From the human T2T-CHM13v2.0 reference genome, Homo sapiens, in NCBI RefSeq assembly GCF_009914755.1, contig NC_060947.1: a stretch of 64,000 bases of DNA. The stretch is one strand, 5' to 3'. Positions 1 through 13,089 of this stretch are shown here, in pieces. The notes below the pieces were generated by a model. That model searched no databases and was not told where the DNA came from. It was given only the letters and a program-made list of their open reading frames with translations. The position numbers and the translations under genes were made by a program. Position 1 is the first letter of the stretch. Each line of letters opens with the position of its first letter.

Positions 1-615
1 CAAGATCTACTAGCCGAGATCAGAAGCCGATGCATACTTGCAGATTACATTTTAAGCCCTTATAATGGGTAGGAAAACATCTGTCTCTATTATTTCCATG
101 GTATTTGGTATGAAGACAGAATCCTCCACCCTGCCCTTAAAATTTCACATAGAATAGGTATGCTTTCTGCCTTCGTGCCCAGGTCAAACTCACTTGACAC
201 TGCGTAGTTTTAAACTGTGTAATAAATTGCCCGAGGTGCACCAACTAATGTGTGACCCCGGATCACACTGCTTGCCCCACAAATCCATACTGTGTGAAAT
301 TGACCTTGCTGGTTGTTTTTCAAGTGGGTCTTTATAGCATCATAGAATGGAAGGAGTCTTAAAAACAAAAAGACTGAGACAGAGCTTGCTGAAAGAAATG
401 ACTCATTACTGGCTGAACCGGGAATGGAATATATTTCCAATCTTGAGAATATTGTCCAGCAGGCTCCCTCATTTCCCTCCGGCTGCCTTTATCTGAGGTG
501 GCCAACTTGAAACCAAAACTAAAGCTTCTGACTCTCGTGGTTCCTGGATAGTCTTGTGTTTCTGTGTGTTTGCATCATACTGCGACTGTGCATCTGAGAT
601 GGAGTGGTCCACTGA

Positions 616-642
616 TGTGTGTGTGTGTGTGTGTGTGTGTGT
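616..642. repeat. (TG)n microsatellite
   Basis: About 13 perfect TG units read directly from the sequence. Confidence 0.95.
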
Positions 643-1704
643 ACATGTGCATGCAAATACACATATGTATAATAGTGTGCAGTCACTGTAATAATCACTG
701 TATACCTGTCTATCTCTGTCATTTTATTTAGGCATAGTCCATAGACTCAACCATATTATACATTCCTTGGAGATGATCTTCTGTGTCTTTTGTACTTCAG
801 TATAATACTATCCAGAGGTGTTGGAGCCATTAGCACAATTTAGGCTACTTTCTTTGTAAGCCATGATTGAAAACAATGTCTGACTCATTTGGGTCCTTAG
901 ACTCAGGACTTTGTTTGTAGAATATTGTTCTATATTTAGCTTTTGTGTCAGCCCTAGGTTTTAAAGAGGCCTGAAGATTAGTGGAAACTTACCCCCTGGG
1001 TATTCTAGAATGTTCCATTGAGAGGTAATTAAGGGGAAGAAAAGGAACAACTTGTGCTCCCCAATTGGCAAGCCAGCGACTTGGTTATATATTTCTGTTT
1101 GCTGGAGCAAAAGAGCTTTGAATTCTATCCCATTTTAACATCGTCTCAACAATCACCAAGGTAGTTTAATAATGGCACCTTCGAACTTTGCCTGGCAAAT
1201 GGAAATCTGAGGATAAGCCCTGAAATGTTCTCTATAGTCCATTTGAATGTTCTATCAAATTTATTCATTTTGACAATGACTTTTTAAAAAAAGAGAAATG
1301 TGCCAGGAAATGATAATTTTAAGTGGACCTTAGGAATGTTATAATAAAGCCCAGTGCTAGGACAAAGCAAGGACCAGCTTGGTGGAGGGTTTTGGAGGCA
1401 GACCAATGGGGTTTGATTTTTGACACTGCCAAGCTGGGAAGGAAGAAGTGCAGGGGGTATAGACAGGGCAGATGGGCCCTAGATGGTTGTTACATGTGTG
1501 TGATGGGTATGTGGAATTTCATGGTAAAGTTCTATCTACTTTGGGGTATGTTAAAAATTCATCATTCACCATAATAAAAACCTAAACATTTTTCCAAAAA
1601 AAATTTTTAAAAGAAGAAGGAAACAAGCTTGGCCAAGGACATTCAACAAGTAAGTGGCAGAGAAAAGCAGCAGCATGTAATGTAAGAGCATACTTATTGA
1701 AACA

Positions 1705-1945
1705 TCATGGCACAAAATTAAAATGAGCACAGGCTTTGAAGTAGGATATGAGTTCAAGTTATGACTCTTACTCCATTTGTAAACCTTAAGTCACTTAACC
1801 TCTCTGATGTCAACAGTCCCCTCCGCTATAAAATGAGGATACAACACTCACCTCCCAGAGTTGCTGCGACCATGAGAAATTAACATATATGTCAAGCACC
1901 TAGAACCCTATTTGGCCTTGATAAGCATTCCTGCTTTTATTATTA
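1705..1945 (+). mobile_element. MIR SINE
   Basis: Core aagtcacttaacctctctga...tataaaatgaggat...cctcccagagttgctg resembles the MIR consensus. Confidence 0.75.
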
Positions 1946-2335
1946 ATATAGTAAGCAGATTAAGAATCCCAGTGGATTCCAGTGGGCCCACTGGGAAGGA
2001 ACATATTTTGGAGTCACCATTCCTTTGGTCTTCAGGAAAACAGGAGCTCTTCAGGCACATGGGGAAGACCAGCCAAGAAGTCCCAATTTCTTAGAACTTG
2101 GTAGTTTGGGGGTCTCTTTCAGGCTGCAGCAACTTAATGGGGATGATTTCCCATCAAATCCCAAGGGATACCTAGTTGTTTTGATAGGAGAATGCAAGAA
2201 TCCTTCACACAGGAAGGACTTCAAGAATAAACGACTTATCAGTGTGGAACTGAGCCCCTGATCTCCTGTTTCCACCTCCATCCAGGTACCCCTGGATTCC
2301 CAAAGGTAGAGGTATGCAGCTATTGTCAGCAATGA

Positions 2336-2495
2336 GCTGTAAACTTCTTACATGTCTATGTCTATGTCTGTTTTACTTCTGTATCCACAATACCTGGCTC
2401 ACAAGGGATACTAAGGTTTCGAGGGGTTTTTTGATGAATGGATGAGTAGATGGACAGATGGATGGGAAAGTAGGTGGATGGATGGATGGATGGAG
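2336..2495 (+). mobile_element. L2 3' end followed by (GGAT)n-like simple repeat
   Basis: ctgtaaact...tctgtatccacaatacctggc...tgaatggatg tail typical of L2, running into degenerate GGAT repeats. Confidence 0.55.
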
Positions 2496-2639
2496 GAAAC
2501 TGACCTGAAGCGGGATGCCTGTGTGTCTGTGTGTGCTAAGAGTAGAGTTTTCTTTTTCAGTTTCTTTTTCATACCTGTTTGTCCTTTTTTGAAGTCTCCA
2601 CTAAGGAGAAGCACCTACTATATACCAGATAGTCTACCA

Positions 2640-2800
2640 CTGAGTACCTATTGTGTACCAGGTAGGATACAATGAACATCTAGTTTTTATATTATTTAAT
2701 CTTCCCAACAACTCTGTGAGGTAGGTCTTATTAACACCACTTTACAGATGAAGAAATCTATGTTCAGAAAAGTTGAATAACTGGCCCGTGTTTACCCACT
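2640..2800 (-). mobile_element. MIR SINE
   Basis: tttaatcttcccaacaactctgtgaggtagg...tttacagatgaagaaa matches the reverse-complement MIR core. Confidence 0.8.
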
Positions 2801-2856
2801 TTATATAATAAGTCCATGCTCTTTCTGGTACACCATGCAATGTAAGCATTCCTATA

Positions 2857-2900
2857 GCAAAAGCAAAACAAAACCAAAACCAAAACCAAAAACAAAAAAC
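2857..2900. repeat. (CAAAA/CCAAAA)n simple repeat
   Basis: Read directly from the sequence. Confidence 0.85.
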
Positions 2901-3249
2901 ACGCCAGTGTAGAAGTGAGGAAGGGGGTCACTAACTCAAAGGCAGAAGAAAGTCCAATGGAAGAAAGGGAGTCTTTGCTTAGATATCTATGAGAGGGTGG
3001 GTGGCAGGTGAGGGAGGGCATGGATCAGTAAAGGGAAGATAGAGGTACCTGGCAGTCTTACACGCCAAGGCTTCTCCTCCAAGTGGAATTCAGTCATTGG
3101 TTGGAAGGAGTAAGGTGGGTTACTCTGTCTCCGTTCTGCCTGGGGTACCCCTGGGATCAGGCTATTCCACCTGTCCAGGCAATCTCTGTCAACAAATTCT
3201 AAGGCAATTCGGAGGCAGTGGGGGAGACTGAAGGTCTTGCCTGTCCTAT

Positions 3250-3698
3250 TGTCTTTGTTTAGGTTCAGAAAAAGAAGCAAACAGAACAGGAGAAGACACT
3301 GAGACATTGATTCTTGTGCACGCCCTTCATTGAGAGCGTCCTCTCAGAAGGGGCATAAGGGAAGCAGGCTGTGACTGGGGAAAAGTTCTAAGCAAGTTTG
3401 TGGCCTTAGCTAAAGACTAGCTACAGTGCAATCTCACTGCAGCAGGAATTGCACCACAGAGTTGATCCCACCTTGAAGTAGGGCACTGGCCTTTTGTACC
3501 ATGCTATCAGCCAGTCATTAGCTATGGGCTGCCTCTGGGAGAGGAGGAATCACCTTCTGAGCTAGATGATTCCCATTGGCCAAGGGCAATTCTCCAGAGA
3601 AGTGAGTTGCTTTTAGCAGCCAACACTCATAGCTGGTGGGGAGGAGGATTCCACCAGAGTTAAGGGGATCTGGGTGGATATCAACAGCAGCCACTACA
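3250..3698 (-). mobile_element. ERVL solo LTR, LTR16-like
   Basis: Ends ggggatctgggtggatatcaacagcagccactaca and contains ggccaagggcaattctccagaga and cagccaacactc, matching reverse-complement LTR16A features. TG...CA termini. Confidence 0.75.
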
Positions 3699-5299
3699 CC
3701 CACCAAGCTGCTATATATGTTCCTGCTGACATGGAATATATGTAGAAGTTCTGTAGGGATTTTGGCTCTTCTCATTCAGATGCAGGCTGCCTTGCTGGGT
3801 GCAGATAGCTCACCTGCAAGCTCATTCTTTGATCCTGAAGAGTGGGTACCAAGCAAGGATCCTTTCCATGAGACTGATGGTATAGACACTTTCCCTACCC
3901 ATTCTTTGTGAGCCATCTGCTGCTGAAGTCCTCCTCTGTCTCAGTTGAGATTTAATGTGGCAACATCTGCCCTAGGGTTTTGACTTTAATGGCATTTATC
4001 ATGCACACTTCCCTTTGATGTAGGACAGCCAACCTCATGACATCTTCTGTCTTCTATCTCCAGGTTTTATTTCTCCTCTTAGTTTAGATGTCCCTCATAT
4101 TCTCTCTAAACTCCTGTCCAACCCTTCCCTCTCAAATCTTGTTAATACTTAACCTGGGGTCAAGGTTTCTTTGGGCGCAGAACAATGAAAAGGCAATTAG
4201 CTAGCTGGCTTTGAGTGCTAAGGGAGTGAAAACTGGTTATGACTCTAACTTGAGACATTCCTAAGAGTAGGCCTTTCCTGTATGGTCAAGACTGAAAGAA
4301 ATAAACGGATGTGGGCTTTTTTCTTGCCTTTAGACTTTATGGATTAGTCATAGGATCTTGTTGAAATTATTCAGTCCAGAAATAAGTGATTAACATTTAA
4401 CTTCTTTAATGGGCAATTACTCAACAGCTATGCCAGTGGGTAAATATTTACTTATCATCTATTCCAAGGAGTGAATGTTAACTTGAGTCAAACAGTTACT
4501 TGTGTTGGTTCTTTAATAGCGGAAAAGTGAATTTATATGGCTCTAGGAGTTCCAATTTCCCACCAAATAAGAACTTACTGAAGGATGTTCAGAGCCCTGG
4601 GCTGGAGTTAAATTACAGACAATTTGCTTACCTACTCCCTCCCTCCAAAAAAAAAAGATGAAGATTTTTTGTACTCACCACTATTTATTGAAATCTGGTA
4701 GCTTCAAATCTCACAAAGCCAAACAAATTCACTCAGTTTTTCAGTCTGTAGGTCTGTGACAGCCTCTGTTTACCACAAAACTGCCTGTATCTTGTCACTA
4801 TGGATGCAAGTCAAGACAGAGGCAAAGTCTGGATGATGAATGGCTTGTTCTTAGTAATGTGCTTGTAATTGTTCTTCCTTAGAATGGGAAGGATGGCTTG
4901 GGAGGACCTGTCTATCATAGAGGGACTTGGCAGCTTCCAATCTCTTTGCTTGCTTGTCTACAATGCAGCCAATGGGACTAATTCAAATATCCCAGACATG
5001 CCTAGATGGATACACAGAGCATATGGCTTGAAGACTCAGTTATGGAAATAACAGGCACCATTTCTGAGACTTTCAATTCACTTCCAACAAATATATTTTA
5101 ATCAACAGGCAGGAAACCAAATTAAAAGTTGAAGCATGAACCAAGGTCAAAGGTTAAGGGTTAGGATGTGGGATTTTGGTGTTCATGCTCCAGGTTTGGC
5201 CTACCATGCAGAGAGGTCAAAGATGACTGCACAGGGAACCATTGGGAGAGAGGAATGTGGTATTCCAGTTTGTAGAAAGTTTGAGAGTCTGGAATTTGG

Positions 5300-6027
<728 letters not shown>

Positions 6028-7084
6028 TATTCTCTTTTTTTTTTTTTTTTAAGAAAAAACAAAAAACTGGCAGGGGTAGGGACAAGGGATACACTCTTCC
6101 TCAGTGAGCATTTGGAAGAGAGCTGGAGAAAGAGCAAAAGAAGAGAGCAGGCTAGAAATGACTTAAAAATTAGTGGGATATTCCTGGAGAGTTGCCAAGC
6201 TAGAGGAGATTCACTTCCACTCATAATGGGAGATAAAAATTGTTCTCATTTGGGTTTATTTTTTTTCCAGGCACAGGCTTTAGAGGGTGAGTTAAACTTC
6301 CTAAAGCAAAGGATTAGATAAGAGGGAACTCAGCTTTGATTGAAGAGCCAGCTGTGTCAGAAAGTAACAGGGAGAGGAAGAGTGGGTCGAGCCACACCGC
6401 GGGTACCTGATTGTGGTGGACTCTGGAGGTTGCCTGTAAAAGGAGACACTCCTCAGGCTCCTCATTCACTAGGGATGTTCAGTGAAGAACAAACCCAAGC
6501 GAGAGAGGGTGCCCAGAATGATCGCAGGCTCATTTCTAGGAGGGTAGGACACTCCTGCTTGATTCTCTCTCTTCTCTTTCTTTTCTTTTCCTGTCTATGA
6601 ATGCAGCCCTGTCTTAGTCAGCTCTTTTTGGAGGAGACCTGTGATGGAAGGGAAGGTTCTGACTGGGAGCTAGAGGAAAGGCCAGGGTTCAGGGCCTGCC
6701 CTACCCAGCAGGTAGACTCAGGGGGCTGTGTCCTGGCATGGGTCCTGACTGGATGGCACTCTCCCTCCCCAGCAATTCCAACAGGCCTTCTTGGGCGGAC
6801 TCTTTTGTGGCAGTTCCTGGCAGTCCCAGATGTGGCTCGTTGTCAAGCCTCTGGACCAATGCCCGGAGCCTGTTGGGAGTCCAGACTCCAAGTCAAGAAG
6901 AACAGAATTAACTGGCCAGGCGCCAAGATAATATTTTTCCCTCATAAGCAAGAATGCTGCCTAGGAAATAAGTTTAACTCCTTTCTTATTTCCTTAACTC
7001 TTCTTTAGTCTCCTTTAAAGTAGTTAGTGATCATCAAAAGACATTTTTAAGTGTGCCCCCACAAAGAAAACTTTTATTTAAAAA

Positions 7085-7310
7085 ACACTTATATGATGCC
7101 TACCCTGTGCCTTACACTAGCGTTGTACAAATATTAACCTATTAGATTGTCACAACAACCCACAACAAAGGTACTATCATTATCCTCACTTCACAGATAA
7201 GGGCATACAGGTGAAAAAGGCTTCATGGCTTCCCTAGGGTCATGCAGCTTACAGGTGGTAAACCTGGGATTTGAACCAAGGCAATCTAGTTTAGAGTCTA
7301 TATTCACTGT
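7085..7310 (-). mobile_element. MIR SINE
   Basis: cacaacaacc...ggtactatcattatcctcacttcacagataagg...gggatttgaaccaaggca. Confidence 0.8.
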
Positions 7311-7369
7311 ATTGACCCTTTCTATATTCACTATATTGACCTTTCTTTCCCCAAAGAAAACGTGGATTG

Positions 7370-8020
7370 CTTTCATAAAATGGTATACATATAGAAAAAT
7401 GCACAAATCCTAAGTGTACACTTCCCTGAATTTTCACAAACTGAACACACCTAAGTACCTACTCTCCTCACAAAAAAACCCCAAAGATCACTGGCCCCAG
7501 AAGAGCCCCTTCATTTCACTCCCCACCCCAAGGATAACCCGTATACTGATTTTTCCTTCATTGATTAGTTTGAACTGTTTTTTGAACTTGTATAAGTGGA
7601 ATAATACAGCCTACTTTCTCTTGTGTCTGATTTCTTTCCCTCTGCATCACCCTGGTTGTTGAGTATAGTTCAAATTTCCTTCTTTTTGTTGCTTTGTAGT
7701 ATTTCATTTTCTGAACATATCACAAGTGATTTATGAATTCCATTATTGATGGGCATTTTGCTAATATCCAGTTTGGGACTTTACAGAGAATGCTGCTATA
7801 TACACATCTTTTGGTGAACACATGGATATAGTTCCATTGAGTATATACCCAGAAGCACACAGCCATAGGGTAAACAAATATTCTGCTTTCACAGGCACTG
7901 CCAAGCAGTTTTCCAGAGTGGGGGCACCAATTCACAATCCCACCAGCAGTGTGCAAGAGTTCCAGTTTTGCTAACATTTGGAATCTTCTGTCTTTTAATT
8001 TATAACCATTCTGGTGGGTG
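7370..8020 (-). mobile_element. Old L1 (L1ME-like) 3' fragment
   Basis: catatagaaaaatgcacaaatcctaagtgtaca...ttgatgggcatttt...ttcacaatcccaccagcagtgtgcaagagttccagt are typical of the antisense L1ME 3' UTR and ORF2 end. Confidence 0.8.
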
Positions 8021-8057
8021 GCAGAATTTTTTTTTTGCTTTCTTCTGTTTTAAGAAA

Positions 8058-8245
8058 AATAGACTTTATTTTTTACCACAGATTTAGATTTACAGAAAAA
8101 TTGAGATGATAGTAAAGACAGCTCCCATATATCTCCCACCCTATTAACATCTTACATTAGTATGGTACATTTCTTAACAACTCATGAACCAGTACTAATA
8201 TATTATATACTGATATATTATATATACTAATATATTATCATTCAC
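8058..8245 (-). mobile_element. L1 (L1MC-like) 3' end fragment
   Basis: aatagactttatttttt...ttagatttacagaaaaattgag...ctattaacatcttacattagtatggtacatt. Confidence 0.7.
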
Positions 8246-8454
8246 ATAATTATTTTTAAATTGCAAACACATCCAAAAAATGAATAACAATGTTAATGTC
8301 TTTTATATAAAATGAGGACCATTAGATAACAGTTTGCCAGTTACATTATTTAACGGGATGGGTTGATGACTCTAGTACCGTTCTTTGCTGGATAAAGTCA
8401 AAACCACCAGTTGATGCAGGGAAGTTGTTACCTAGCATAAACCTTTATGATGAT

Positions 8455-8615
8455 CATTCTGTATCAGTGGGGCTCCTATTTAAATGTCCATTCTTGTGCC
8501 CCTCCCCACACTAAGAATCAAAACCTCTGGAGATGCAGACCAAGAATGTGCCTTTTGATCAAGAAATTTCAGGTGGTTCTAATACATCCTAAAGCCTGAT
8601 AACCTATGTTTTAGA
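8455..8615. mobile_element. MER5-like hAT-Charlie MITE
   Basis: gaatcaaaacctctgg...caagaatgtgccttt...caggtggttctaatacatcctaaag. Confidence 0.6.
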
Positions 8616-8875
8616 CATAGGAAAGCAAGCCCAATAAATGCCTGTAATATTTTAAGTCTAGGGGGCATATCATTTTCTGGGCTGGGCAGCTAGTACTAAG
8701 ACACTAATTTAGTTCTGATTTTAATAATGTAAAGGTATATGGATAAAAAGGCCGCCTGTCAATACCAGAGTTCTAAGGAGGATGACTCTTGAGTTAGGTT
8801 TCCCAAGACCTTGAATAAAAAAGTTTGCGCTGGAAAAGTTAAATGATGCTGCCAACCCCAGGGGGCAAGGCAGCT

Positions 8876-8880
8876 GAGAC

Positions 8881-8920
<40 letters not shown>
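8876..8920. repeat. (GA)n microsatellite
   Basis: Read directly, with two GACA interruptions. Confidence 0.95.
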
Positions 8921-8923
<3 letters not shown>

Positions 8924-9799
8924 GTTGGGGATTGTGGCTCTTTGGCATCTCAAAAGGAGCTTGAATGTCAGACAGGGTGTGGAGGACAGCAAGAAGAGAT
9001 CAGTGTGTAAAATATTCCAATGGAAAATTCCAAAAAAGCGTCAGCCACAGCTAAATGGGACAAGAAACAATATACGTTAATTTAAGACGACGCCGTCAAT
9101 TTAGTGGCATGTTTATTGAAATAGCCCTTTGCATTCTAAAAACAGCACTAGGGTATGGACCTCTGAATCCTTGCAGGAAACTGTACAAATTCCTAGGAGG
9201 GAACAGCAGCCCCAAATCTGACTTTAATAACAAAAGGCAATTATTTTTAGTATTTTCCAGTAGATCTCAGCTGTCTGGTATTGTCAGGCTCTATTCATGG
9301 AGAGGTGGAATTTGGAGAGAGTTAGTTCAGTGAATGGTGAGTGGGGGAGGGAGGAAAGGAAGGAGGAAAATAAGGTAGGGAAAAAACACAGAAAGGTTGG
9401 GTGGGGGAGCGAGAAGGAAGGAGAGAAGGAGAGAGAAAGGAGAGAATGAGAATATGAGTGGGAGCTTGTGAGCTTTTCCACTCTGGTACTATTATCTGGC
9501 ATGATGGCCCTCAAGGCAAGGTGCCAGTCATATAATAATAAATGCCAAGATCAAACCTCTAGGAACAAATATAAAGGGACTCTAAAACAAGCAATTTGTC
9601 AGACTGGTTTCAGGGTACGGAGAAACATAAAGAACTTGGGAGAAAGTAAGTCACCGATAAATTCTCATGGAAACAACAGGAAAGCCATTATAGGTGCTAG
9701 CATTGTAACTAATTAAGAAGTGGTAAAACCATAGAGGGGGTGGCATTGGAGGGGATGGTGGCAATAGGTTATGAAGGAGAGGAAGGGTATGGAATTAAT

Positions 9800-10375
9800 T
9801 TTTTAAAAGCTGCTTGGAAAACCCAAACTTGTAGATTCAGCAGGTTTGATGGATGAATACCTAGGTGAGGAAGAGAAATGGACATTGTGTTTCTTGCCAA
9901 TTGTGTTTTGCGAAATCATGGAGAAGCAGGAAGGTTGTCAAGTGGAGAGATGACTCTGTAGAGCATTTGTCATTTATAGGAGGTAAAGCACAATCTTGTC
10001 AATAACAGGCCAGAAAAAGAACATTATTTTGTTCTCAAAGTAAGGAATAAACATGGAGGAAAATACTAAAAGATTCTAGGTGTGGTGGAACTGTTTATGA
10101 TGGGCAGTTTCCACATCTTAAATCAAGACAAATGGATTTGATGATGGAAAGGAGCCATCATCCTTAAAAACTTATGTAACTGTTGGACAAGGAAGAAGAA
10201 CATTATGTCTAGAGCTTTAAAAGATGTTTCTATGGTGTCCTAGGAAATCTTGTGTGGAAATTCATCCAGATTGGCTTGGATACTAGCAGTCTCATGTAGA
10301 TTTTTCAAGTGGCTTAAGGAGCACAGTCCGCAAACGATAATTCATAGAAACATTTCAGCCTGGGAGGAATATAAC
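9800..10375 (+). mobile_element. CR1/L3 LINE reverse-transcriptase remnant
   Basis: Degenerate translations CFAKSWRSRKV, LVWKFIQIGLDTSSLM*I and KWLKEHSPQTIIHRNISAWEE occur in the same order as CR1 RT segments (IFEKSWRTGEV; LVEKLEKYGLD..VRWI; NWLKDRTQRVVING..SSWRE). Confidence 0.6.
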
Positions 10376-10429
10376 GACTTAGTTTTTAAAGGTTTGCTGT
10401 TCACTGGTGCTTCATTCGATCCCACCCTC

Positions 10430-10590
10430 GATACTCTGGGAAACACTGTGAGAGATACTAGCCTCTTTTACATAAAAGGACATATAAACTCAGAGGCATT
10501 AAGTCACTGTCTAAAGTCACAAAGCTTATTTAGAAGCTCAGATCAAGTTCCCAACTATTGTTATTTAACCTTGAGAGTCACTTTTCAACA
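10430..10590 (-). mobile_element. MIR fragment
   Basis: aaacactgtgagagatact...aaactcagaggcattaagtcactgtctaaagtcacaaagct. Confidence 0.6.
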
Positions 10591-10781
10591 CGTTCTCTTA
10601 CAAACTTGGCTTTAACATATAAATGTGAGGTGTCAGTGCATGCCAGGAAGATAAGAGGATTGCAACCAAAGTCCTCCTGTGGAGAGCTGTTGATTAAAAC
10701 AGCAAACAATTCCTCCTTCTAAATAATGCAAGCTAGGATTCCTAAGGAATAGGATTGGTGAGATCAGGCATAAGAACTGAT

Positions 10782-10830
10782 CACACACACAACAACAACA
10801 ACAACAAACAAACAAACAAACAAAAAAACA
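10782..10830. repeat. Compound (CA)/(CAA)/(CAAA) simple repeat
   Basis: Read directly from the sequence. Confidence 0.9.
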
Positions 10831-11370
10831 GAGAACCAAACCTATGTGGCTCTCAAGGCATTCCTTGGTGAACTAGGTGATAATCTGAGAAATCATTTTA
10901 GAATCTTCCCAGGAAAGCATACTGAGTGCTTAGAACTGGTAAGGCAGGGAAGAGATGAAGAATCACCCCTTCCATCCACATGGCCTCTGGTCTTTGGTAA
11001 TAACTGACAATGTTTCCTACTGTGCCTCAGAAATTGGGTGGGGCAGGCTTTCAAGGATGAAAAGGGGAGATTGCTCAACTGGAGAGGGCCCACTATACTC
11101 TAAGAAAGGAGTGAGTCTCTGGAAGGTGCCAATGGGACACTGCTAGAGAAAGGTAGTGTATTTGCTGCAAATGGAGAGGAGATAAATATCCTAGTGAGAT
11201 ACCTATGACCTTGCATGGAAAACAGTATGGAGTAGCCTAGCATGGATGCTGCAAGTGGCTTGCTGCTTTACTAAGCAAGTTAACTTTGACTTTTTTTTTT
11301 TCTCTGAGAACTGAGAACAGTATTTAGGGAAAGAGAAAGGTTCAAAGACAGAAGACAATGTTTATGGTTC

Positions 11371-11434
11371 TTTTTTTTTACATTTTTAAACTTTTAATAG
11401 ACAAATAATAATTGTGGATATTTATGGGGCACAA
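11371..11434 (-). mobile_element. Very short L1MA-type 3' terminal stub
   Basis: T-rich tail, then ttttaatagacaaataataattgtggatatttatggggcacaa, the antisense L1MA 3' terminus. Confidence 0.65.
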
Positions 11435-11440
11435 CTACAA

Positions 11441-11751
11441 TTTTTTTTTTTTTTTTTTTTTTTAAAGACGGGGTCTTGCTCTGTCACCCAGGCTGGAATG
11501 CAGTGCTGTGGTCATAGCTCACCGCAGCTTCTAACTCCTGGGATCGGGTGATCCTCCTGCCTCAGCCTCCTGAATAGCTGGGGTTACAGGCATGTACCAC
11601 CACGCCCAGCTAATTTGTAAAATTTTTCTTTTGTAGAGACAAGGTCTTGGTATGTTGACCAGGCTAGTTTCCGACTCCCAGTCTCAAGTGGTCCTCCCAC
11701 TTTCACCTTCCAAAGTGTTGGGATTACAGGTGTGAGCTGCTGCAACCAGCC
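11441..11751 (-). mobile_element. AluJ, full length
   Basis: Poly-T tail and J-type gtcatagctcaccgcagc...actcctggg. Flanks tacaattt / tataattct. Confidence 0.9.
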
Positions 11752-12791
11752 TATAATTCTTTAAGTGGGGTTTCTTCTGTGTGTGTGTATGGGGGGGCCC
11801 TTAGAACATGAGGCTACTTGGCAACAGCCCAGCTGCTGTTAACATGAGAAATTTGTTAAACTTTTAATTTCCATTTTTATGTGCATTTGTGCACACATTT
11901 GTATTTCTTTTCTTTGGAATTTAGCAACGGTGATTTTAGGCTTGGGGGTTTAAATCAAGATAAACTACTTTCCTTCTTTCTGAAGAGTGAATTCAAGAAA
12001 TACGGTGGCCAAGAGCCAGAATAGTCTCAGACGAAACATACTGGCTTCATTTGGAGATACTGAATTGATTCTTGTAACCATTTCAAATCTCTCTCCAAGA
12101 CATTTCAGAGCTCAGAAAATAGAACAAAAGGAATTTGCTTTTTTTTTCTCTTTCCAGAATCTACAGCTTCTCACCAATGCCTACCAAACCTACTATACAG
12201 TTAGACATTTCTTCATTTATTCACATACTCATTATTAATGGTTCAAACAAAGAACATAATAAAATAGAGTTATAAGTGCTAAAAGGTGTTTCTATGACTT
12301 CACACCGTGGCTCAACACCACCTTAACATTACTGCTTTCATAGCCAAGTCAGTAAGCCTCTTAAGCCTTAAGTCTGATTTACACCCAAAGCTAGAGTGGC
12401 AGTAAGAGGGGGCACATATTTTAATAAGCTATGGAAACTTCTTTTGCCCATAGCATTGGCCCAGGTGCTATTAGCTTGATTTCAATTACCTCTCATAGTC
12501 ATTGAAAGGAAGACTACAGATTCCTGAAGGGCTATGAGTTTGCCTCTTTGATGACCTCTTATCTTTACCCCATATCATACTACTCTGGGACCTTATGAAT
12601 ATCACTTAAACAATATCTGTGTCCTCATAATAAAATATTATTAATATTCTTTTAAATAATAGTTTTAAAATGTATCAGTTAATAATAGTGTACAAATACA
12701 AGGTATTTTATGTAGCACAAATATATATTAATAAATTACATCTCCAGATAAGAGTTGTTTATATCAAGTTAATGGTACATTGCTTTAATAA

Positions 12792-12833
12792 AGTGTCTCC
12801 CAAACTACATGGTTTCCTCAGGATATTAATAGA

Positions 12834-12875
<42 letters not shown>

Positions 12876-13089
12876 TAATGTGGTCCAAAAAGTTTGAGAA
12901 AACTGGATGATTTAAAAATAAAATGGGTTTCTTTATTGCAGAACCTATCAAAGCCTTTAATATCCTGAAGTACATTATAACTCTCTCAAAGAGGATCAAA
13001 CATGAAGGGTTTTCTAAACTCATTGGAAGATGCAGCTCTGTTACCACATTTGGGATTGGGTTCTATAAAACACATTTTCAGAGATGCTG
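12792..13089 (+). mobile_element. MER112-like hAT-Charlie element containing a (CA)n tract
   Basis: gtgtctcccaaact...ggatattaatag...agtttgagaaaactgg...gtttctttattgcagaacctatcaaagcctttaatat...cagagatgctg. Confidence 0.6.
12835..12874. repeat. (CA)20 microsatellite
   Basis: Perfect repeat read directly. Confidence 0.95.

Noticed and set aside
12136-12285. Strong plus-strand acceptor (12157) followed by AATAAA (12258-12263)
   Set aside because: It could be a lncRNA terminal exon, but such pairs are common in AT-rich introns and there is no other support.
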